64,000 nucleotides of DNA. It comes from the human T2T-CHM13v2.0 reference genome, Homo sapiens. The position numbers and the translations under genes were made by a program. The notes beneath the pieces were generated by a model. That model made no database searches and was not told where the DNA came from. It worked only from the letters and a program-made list of their open reading frames with translations. The stretch lies in assembly GCF_009914755.1 (NCBI RefSeq), contig NC_060947.1. The stretch is one strand, 5' to 3'. Of the stretch, positions 54,898-64,000 are shown in pieces (the first letter of the stretch is position 1; each line of letters starts with the position of its first letter).

Positions 54898-55199
54898 TTT
54901 TTTTTTGTTTTTTTTTTGAGACAGGGTCTCACTCTGTAGCCCAGGCTGGAGTGCAGTGGCGTGATCACAGCTCACTGCAGCCTCAGACTCCCAGGACCAA
55001 GTGAGCCTCCCACCTCAGCCCCCTGAGTAATTGGGACCACAGGAGCACACCACCATGACTGGCTAATTTTTAATTTTTCGTAGAGATTAAGGTCTTGCTA
55101 TGTTGCCCAGGCTGATCTCAAACTCTTGAGCTCAAGCAATCCTCCTGCCTTGGCCTCCCAAAGTGCTGGAATTACAGGCGTGAGCCTCCATTCCTGGCC
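54898..55199 (-). mobile_element. AluJ
   Basis: Dimer with J-type segments. Confidence 0.92.
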
Positions 55200-55503
55200 A
55201 AATTCTTATTCTTTCATTCACTCCTCACAGATTTATAGCATGCCCACTCACCTGTTATGTGCCAGAATTATCCTAGGCATCAAACCACAGTGGTTAATAA
55301 AATACAGCCCCTGGGTCAAGAGCTCACAGGCTAGATCTAGAGAAAAACAAAAATATAAAAATTATTAAAATCTGTGGGGCCTAGGGAGAGGAACAGGCAC
55401 TGACAGAAATATGCACTTGGTTTTTGTTGTTACATTTGTAAGGCGTTCTCAATTTATTCACAATTTAGGCACATGGAAGTATTATTCACAGGAAAATGCT
55501 TAA

Positions 55504-55912
<409 letters not shown>

Positions 55913-56847
55913 CTCATCATCATCATTTTTAAAAAGTAATATTTGAGTTAGCTGAAAAGTACCTAGGATTACCACTGTTGCTAAATGTTTTCAGAGTAAG
56001 GCCTGGGTTTTATGGGATCAGAGGAGAGGTGATGAGAAAAAGCCCCCTGCAGTGAACCTGAGTTTAAAAGGATGTAATACTTGCATGGTATTTTTCTCAG
56101 TACAACTGTAGTTTTAAAAATGAAGACAGCCCCCCAAAAATATTTCAATACCATGCATAATCCCATCCACAGGTAATGGTAAACAATCTTTGTTTATATC
56201 CTTCCTATTTTTCCAGAATATAAATATATTTAAAAGCATATAAAAATATAACCACTCTGTATTTTTTCTTTTGCGATCTGCTTGTCTCACTTAACAATAT
56301 TTTGTGAATATCTTTATGCATCATCAAATAATCTTCTACCATATCAAATTTAAGGGCAGCATTATATGGAAAGAAAGAATGCTGAAATAACATTGCTGAG
56401 AGTAAGATATAAAGTTACATACAGATGCAACTATTGTTGTGTTCATTTTTATCTGGCAGAAATCATTTGCATTTCTACTGAAACAAATAAAAATTGCTCA
56501 TAATCTTATCTGTCTTTTCTGCAAGTTAATATGCAAATATGTAGTTTTGCATAATCTAGGCCCTAATCAGCAGCCATTAGTAAGTTAAACAAAATTACAG
56601 TTCTCTGGAACTGTGCTTTACAATATGGTAGCCTCTAGCCACATGTGGCTACAGAGTACTTGAAAGACTAGCGCACCTGAGGAACTAAATTGTTCGTTTT
56701 ATTTAATTTTACTTAAGTTTAATTTAGAAACAGTGGTGTCAAAATAAATTAAATTATTTAATTTATTCAACTTTATTGAATAAATTCAACTTTATTATTT
56801 AGGCAGGACAATATTTTACTTTAACCATGGCATCTTGGCCTATGTTA

Positions 56848-57259
<412 letters not shown>

Positions 57260-59335
57260 TCAATTTAAATGATGTTTTTCTATGCACTGATGTAACACTG
57301 AAATGTGTTCATTTGAATATTTTATACAGGCAGCACTAATTACAATGATACTTATGTAAATCAAAATTGGTTAACTAAATTGAAGTATTTATGCCTTAAA
57401 TTATGATATAATTAAACTGCTTTTTTTTTTAATTAAAAAAAGTGTGAACTGTTTTAAATGTAAAACGAAGGCAGAATTGGGTGGAGAGGTAGAGATTATT
57501 ACTGCTGTGCCTGGAATAGAGAAACAGAAACAGGAAGAAGGTATGTTGCAAATTTGAGGCAATTTGCCAAGGCAAAGCAAAACAAAAAAAGCTGTTTGTT
57601 GTGTAAAAATTGTTCAAAGATAACAAAGCGGACAATATTAAGAGACATTTTCAGCAAATACAGAGAGAATTTGATAACAAAAGTGAAAAAAATCAATAAA
57701 AGTAGTTGTCGGAATTCAAAATTGAATGTCCAATAAAAATTGTTTAAAAAGTGATAACAGGCTCTGAGCTTGGAACTTTGGCTAGCTTTATACTGGCTTG
57801 GATTCTTGCACAAAAAAGGAAAACAGTTTTAGATGGCAATAGTAAAAGAAATTATTTCAGTTATGGAAATTTTGTTTAAAAGTTGTAACGAAAAGACTTT
57901 AAAATATATTTTACAAAAAATGAAAGCTCTTCAATTAAACCACAAAATAATTGCCTGTAGAATACAAGACCAGTATCCAAGATTAATTAATTTAAAATTC
58001 GAAAAATTGCAACGATTTTAGCTTTAGATGATTCATGTGATCTACGACACTGCCCAATTAATACTTTGGGTATGTTTTGACTCAAAGGACTCCCATATTT
58101 ACAAAGAAATGCCAATTCATACCTTTAAAACCTTATAGCAAAAATTTTTTAAATCTTTTACATCTCTCAAGGAAGAACTTCAGTTAGATATGAAAAAAAA
58201 TCACAATGAATACTGCTCAGCCATGTTAGGTCAAAATTCCAGATGTATTGGAATTTTAAAATAGGAGTCTGATGTTTTCCTGGTGACTTCATATCACTGT
58301 ATGACACATACCGAAAATATTTGGGCTCCCTTCTCTGAAACAGACTCTGTGAAAGGAGTCATGAATGCTGTTGTTAACATTTTTCAGCATATACGTGCAA
58401 ATGCTGTGTGTGACTCATCACCAGTTTCAAGAACTGTTGAAAGAAATTAAAGACAATGAATTTACTCTTGTGTTCATTGCCAGTGCTCATTGGTTAAGCC
58501 ATAGAGTTTTACCAAGCTGTTAACTCCAATTCAAATTTTCTTGAAACAAAAGGAGTGCTTGCCAAATATACAGCAATCAAAGAAAAAAAATAGCAATGTG
58601 ATTTATGTGTTTTCTCACGGATATCACACTGCATAGGAACAAGATAAATTTAAAACTCCAAGAAAAGGAAAAGCTTATTTGTGACTTAGCTAGACAGTTA
58701 AAGGATTAATGTTGAAATTGAACTTTTTTGTGATACAAGTCGATAATAATGATTTTATACCTTTTTCTAACATGAATCAAATATGCATAAGACTTTATTA
58801 ATAGACAGTTATGTAAATTGGCTGCAAAAACTATAGAAAATTTTAAAGAATGCTTTGTTTATATTGATAAACTTAGAACTGCTTCTCAAATCATGCAATA
58901 CCCCTTTGAATTCAATGTTAATAATATGGAGTTGACACAAATTAGTGAATTTACTTAACTTGGACAGACATGATTTTGAAACTGACATCCTTTCTCTTCA
59001 AAGTAAAATCACTTCTTCTAAAAAAATAAGCTAGTTTTGTCAATGAGGATGCAAATATTAAAGGAAAATAATTTTTGCTACTCAATTCAGTTACAGGAAA
59101 ACTTTTAGGTATGTTAAAACACCTTGGATATGTGAATCCACCTTTCTTCCAAATGCAAATTTTATGAAACCTAAATACAGAAGAAGCACTTCCCGTGAAA
59201 ATCTAGCATCTGAAGATGTGCTGTGAGTGTAAAATACTCATTGTATTTCAAAGGCTTAGGATGAAAAAGACAATCTAAAATATCTCATTAACAATGTTTT
59301 TACATATTGAAAGAATAATATTTTAAATACATTAG

Positions 59336-59695
<360 letters not shown>

Positions 59696-59932
59696 TTATC
59701 TGGCTTCTTTCTACCTATTTTTTAATGTGGCTACTAGTAAACTTAAAATTGTATCTGTGGCTCAATTGGACAGCACTGCTCTGCATTAGGCAGCGTAGAT
59801 TTACTTTTTAAATAATACTCCAGCGGGACACAGAAAGACCAGAGAGTAATCTTTTTATTACTTAATATGTAATCTTATTTCTGAATTTTGGGTAACTTTT
59901 CTTAACATTATTAGCTCATGAAAGACCATGCT

Positions 59933-60258
<326 letters not shown>

Positions 60259-60299
60259 TTAGCAAGTTTAGAGTCCTGTGTCTTTGGAGGAATAATAGG

Positions 60300-61366
60300 A
60301 GTTGAGTGACAAAAGGCAGGCTAAAGCTAGATCATGAGATGTCTTTAAGCCACATGTAGCATTTGATCTTTATTCTGTAGGCAACTGGCAGCCACTGAAG
60401 AGTTTTACCGAGGGAGTTGTTGCATTATTAGATTTGTATTCTGGAAAAGTAACAGTTGAAGAAAGCAAGGCATGAATTGCAAGGAGCCAATTATTATTGT
60501 ACAGGATAGAAAGAATAAAGGCCCAAATTTAGATAATTAGAAAGAGGGCATGGGGGAAATGATGAGATGAATTTAAGGAAGATTTGGTGTGGGAAAGGAA
60601 GATTTGGTGATAGGGTGTGGGAAATGAAGGAAAGGAATCAAGAATGAGTCCAAAGTGTCTGATGTGGTCAGCTCCGTGGGCTGTGGTACAGAGTCTGTTC
60701 TTATTCGCTATTTATGAGCGTGTAAATGTCTCAAGTTTGAGATTGCGCAAGAAAGACCAAGCAGGGGAAGAAGGTAAAGAGTTCAATTTGGCCATTTGAC
60801 TTTGAAATTGTAGAGGGTAAAGAGGAACAATAAATAGGTCCAAAGCTCAGGGGAAGGAGTAGGAGCCAGGGATGGAGATTTGGGAATCTGCATACAGGTG
60901 GCTAGAACTGTAGGCATAGATGAGATCACCTGGAGAAAGAGGTTTTCCACCTTGCCGACACCTTAGAATCACTTGGAGGCATTTAAAAATAACCCAATGC
61001 CTGGGACATACCACAGACAAATCAGGGATGAGACCCAAGCATGACAATCTTTTAAAGCTTTCCAGTTGATTCTAATATGCAGCCAGATTTGAGAACCATT
61101 GGTACAGGGAAAAGAGAGAAGACGTGCCAAGGATGGAAGCTGTGAGAAGCTCAACATTTACAGAAAAAACATGGAGACAGGAAGAAGTTGGTGAAGGCAC
61201 CATCAAATTGAAGAAGCAGGGGGAACCAGAAGGTAGTGATGTCATGGAAGCCACAGGAAGAGGAGGTTTCAACAATCTATTATAAAAACAAAGATCAAGT
61301 AATGAAAGAACTGAGAAAAGGTCAACAGGGATTGCTGAACGGGATGAAAGCCCAATTGCATTGAAG

Positions 61367-61418
<52 letters not shown>

Positions 61419-61940
61419 ATATGAGTCAGCACCAGTGTGAGGTTTTCCATTATCCTGAACAACAATTGAGAAGGACAGGAGAAGGCAAAAGGCTGGATTG
61501 GTCCAGGGTTGGGAGTTTGCAGTGTCAAAGGATGAGGGATTGAAGAGTTGAAGTCACATCAGACATGATGTGACTGATGTGACCAACCATGGGGAGAGAA
61601 CTAAAATGAGAAGGTGAGGGATCAAGTGAGGAGGAAATGAGGTGGTCAGGGGACTGAAGGTCCTGATGTGGTCACAGAACGGGTATAGCACACATATTGT
61701 GAGTGGCCTCATTCCCTTTACACCAGCTGCCTCCTCCTCCTAACTCCTCCACTTCCTCCCTCCCACCCTCGATCTCCTCACCCACAAGTGCATCCAGAAT
61801 GATTGGTGCTGAGGAGGTCAAAGAATTGAAATAGGGCACTGGCTGCCTCATGCACAGAAAAGCCAAAACTCTACCCAGGATGAGGCAGGCATTGAGGTAA
61901 CGGCTGCATCAAAGTCATCAATGAAGGTGGGAGGGTGACC
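60300..61940 (-). mobile_element. L2 remnant with a MER5A-like insert (~60938-61101)
   Basis: ttattctgtaggcaactggcagccactgaagagtttt...tagatgagatcacc...gatgtcatggaagcca; MER5 tgattctaatatgcagccagatttgagaacca. Confidence 0.65.
61369..61412. repeat. (CA)22 microsatellite
   Basis: Direct reading. Confidence 0.95.
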
Positions 61941-62239
61941 TAGAGGCCTGCTAGAGTGGCTGAATGGGGCATGAATCTCCCAAGGGAGGAATGTGTTAGT
62001 TTTTTGTTGTTATTTTTTAAACTGAGTCTGTGAACAATGGGCTGAAAGTATAAAAAAGGCAACCTTCCTTTTTTCTCCTCAACCCTGCACTTTAAAATGT
62101 AGAATGTTTCTCTTAAGTCAAACTTGCCCATTAACAAAAGATTTAAACATGCCTTAGACTCTGCTGTGTCATGTACATTTCAGGAGCATTGCTTTTTTTT
62201 TCTTTTTCTTTTGTAATATTCTTTTATCTTCTATACATC

Positions 62240-62930
62240 TATTGTTTTTTGATAACCTTTAATTTTGATATAGTTTTAAAGGCGTGCACAAAATGTTGCA
62301 AAAAAAGTACAAAAAATTTTGTATATATACCTTTACCCAGCTTTGACAATTGTTGACATTTTGCTCCATTTGCATTATCAGTCTCTTTCTCTCTCTTTTT
62401 ATTTGTACATGCATATTTTTCCCTCAAACCATGTGAAAGTAAATTGGAAACATATTGCCCCTTTATACAAAATGCTTCGGTGTGTAATTCCTAAGAACAG
62501 GGACATTCTCTTACATAACCACAGTACACTGATCAAAGTCAAGAAATTTAACATTGACACAATGCTCTTGTCTAATCCACAGTCCTTCCTCTGCTTTGGT
62601 CAACTGTCCCAATAATGGCTTTTATGGCTTTTATGGTTTTTTTTTTTTCTGGTCTAGGACATTGTGATTTAGTTGTCACATCTCTATAATCTCTTTTCAT
62701 CTAGAACAGTTCCTTACCCTTTCTTTGTATTTTTTTACCTTGACATTTTGTGAAGAGCATAGACTATTAATTTTGTGGAAGTTCCCTTAGTTTGAATTTG
62801 TCTGATATTTTGCCATGATTAGATTCAGGTTATGCATTTTTGGCAAGAAGATTACAGAAAGGATGTTGAGTTCTCAGTGCATCACAGCAGAAGGCACATG
62901 GTGTCTGTTTGGCCCAACTGGTGATCATCA
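62240..62930 (-). mobile_element. L1MC/ME-like 3' fragment
   Basis: ctttacccag...ttcctaagaacagggacattctcttacataaccacagtac...gattagattcaggttatgcatttttggcaagaa. Confidence 0.75.
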
Positions 62931-63202
62931 CACCATTGCTTTGTCATAGCAAAGGAAAGTTCTTTTAGCTTTATTTTTTCAATTTGGAAGGCATCTTGCA
63001 TTGCAGCAAAATTTTCTTTTTTACACAAGCATAACTAGAGGCTTTTAAATTATTTTTGATTAATTGCAAATAACCAAAGAGCAATAACCTAGGTTGCTTT
63101 TTTTTTTTTGAAGAAGAAGCAAGTTTAAAAAACTTGTGGAGTTTTACTGTCAACAAGTATACTTACACTGAAACAAAATCTATTACTTTCAGAGAAAAAT
63201 GA

Positions 63203-63602
<400 letters not shown>

Positions 63603-64000
63603 AAATGAACATATTTTTAAAATACTGATATGAATATATCCTTAAAGTACAAGGCCTTTATAACTAACATTGTAATATGCCAGGCAATACAATATAACCA
63701 GAAGAGACATATGGCTTAGTGGAGAGGAGTGAATCCTAGCAGTGATCGCTACGTAATGATTTTAGGCAGATACTCAAGAGTCTGACAGAGGGCAGTCATG
63801 GGACTGGTTGTGCCACGGGGAAGAAGTTGAAAATGGAGTTTCAAAAGATTTGAAAATCAGAGTTGGGTCAACACGCATAAATTTACTTGCTTTGAAGACG
63901 TTGAAATGGGATCCAGGAACAGGAAAAAAGAATATTTATTGTTTTGCCTTTGCATGCCAAAATGTAATCTCTCTTTTTCTTCTAGACTTTCCTTAAAATA

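Noticed and set aside
56430-56560. Two octamer motifs (ATTTGCAT 56465, ATGCAAAT 56531)
   Set aside because: No proper Sox-Oct composite, and such motifs are common by chance in AT-rich DNA.

Overview
Primate (human-like) genomic DNA. Bases 1 to ~16.7 kb hold the 3' half of MBTPS2 (site-2 protease, X chromosome) on the + strand. Five coding exons (809-989, 9354-9448, 9809-10004, 12209-12284, 13745-13967; exons 7-11 by recalled numbering) splice into one open frame carrying the N-x-x-P...LDG catalytic segment and ending ...WMVTAR*. A ~2.75-kb 3'UTR with tandem AATAAA signals follows. The last intron is a textbook U12 (minor spliceosome) intron. The remaining ~47 kb is repeat-dense and I recognise no gene in it. 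The window holds about 35 Alus, L1/L2 fragments, ERV LTRs (THE1B, MLT2A1, LTR33-like, MER34/39-like), hAT DNA transposons (MER1A, MER20, MER58A, MER102, MER5, a near full-length Charlie5-like element), STRs and two long polypurine tracts. It also holds retrocopies of Y3, BC200 and U2 RNA and a FAM monomer. I see no convincing new multi-gene system. The most unusual signals are: a ~250-bp templated copy of the 5' end of intron 7 inside an old L1; a 56-bp inverted copy of an LTR-LTR junction beside a TSD-less Alu; a predicted stop-free circular exon 8-9 RNA flanked by inverted Alus; and the U12 intron guarding the catalytic exon. Repeat subfamily names come from remembered consensus sequences, not a database search.
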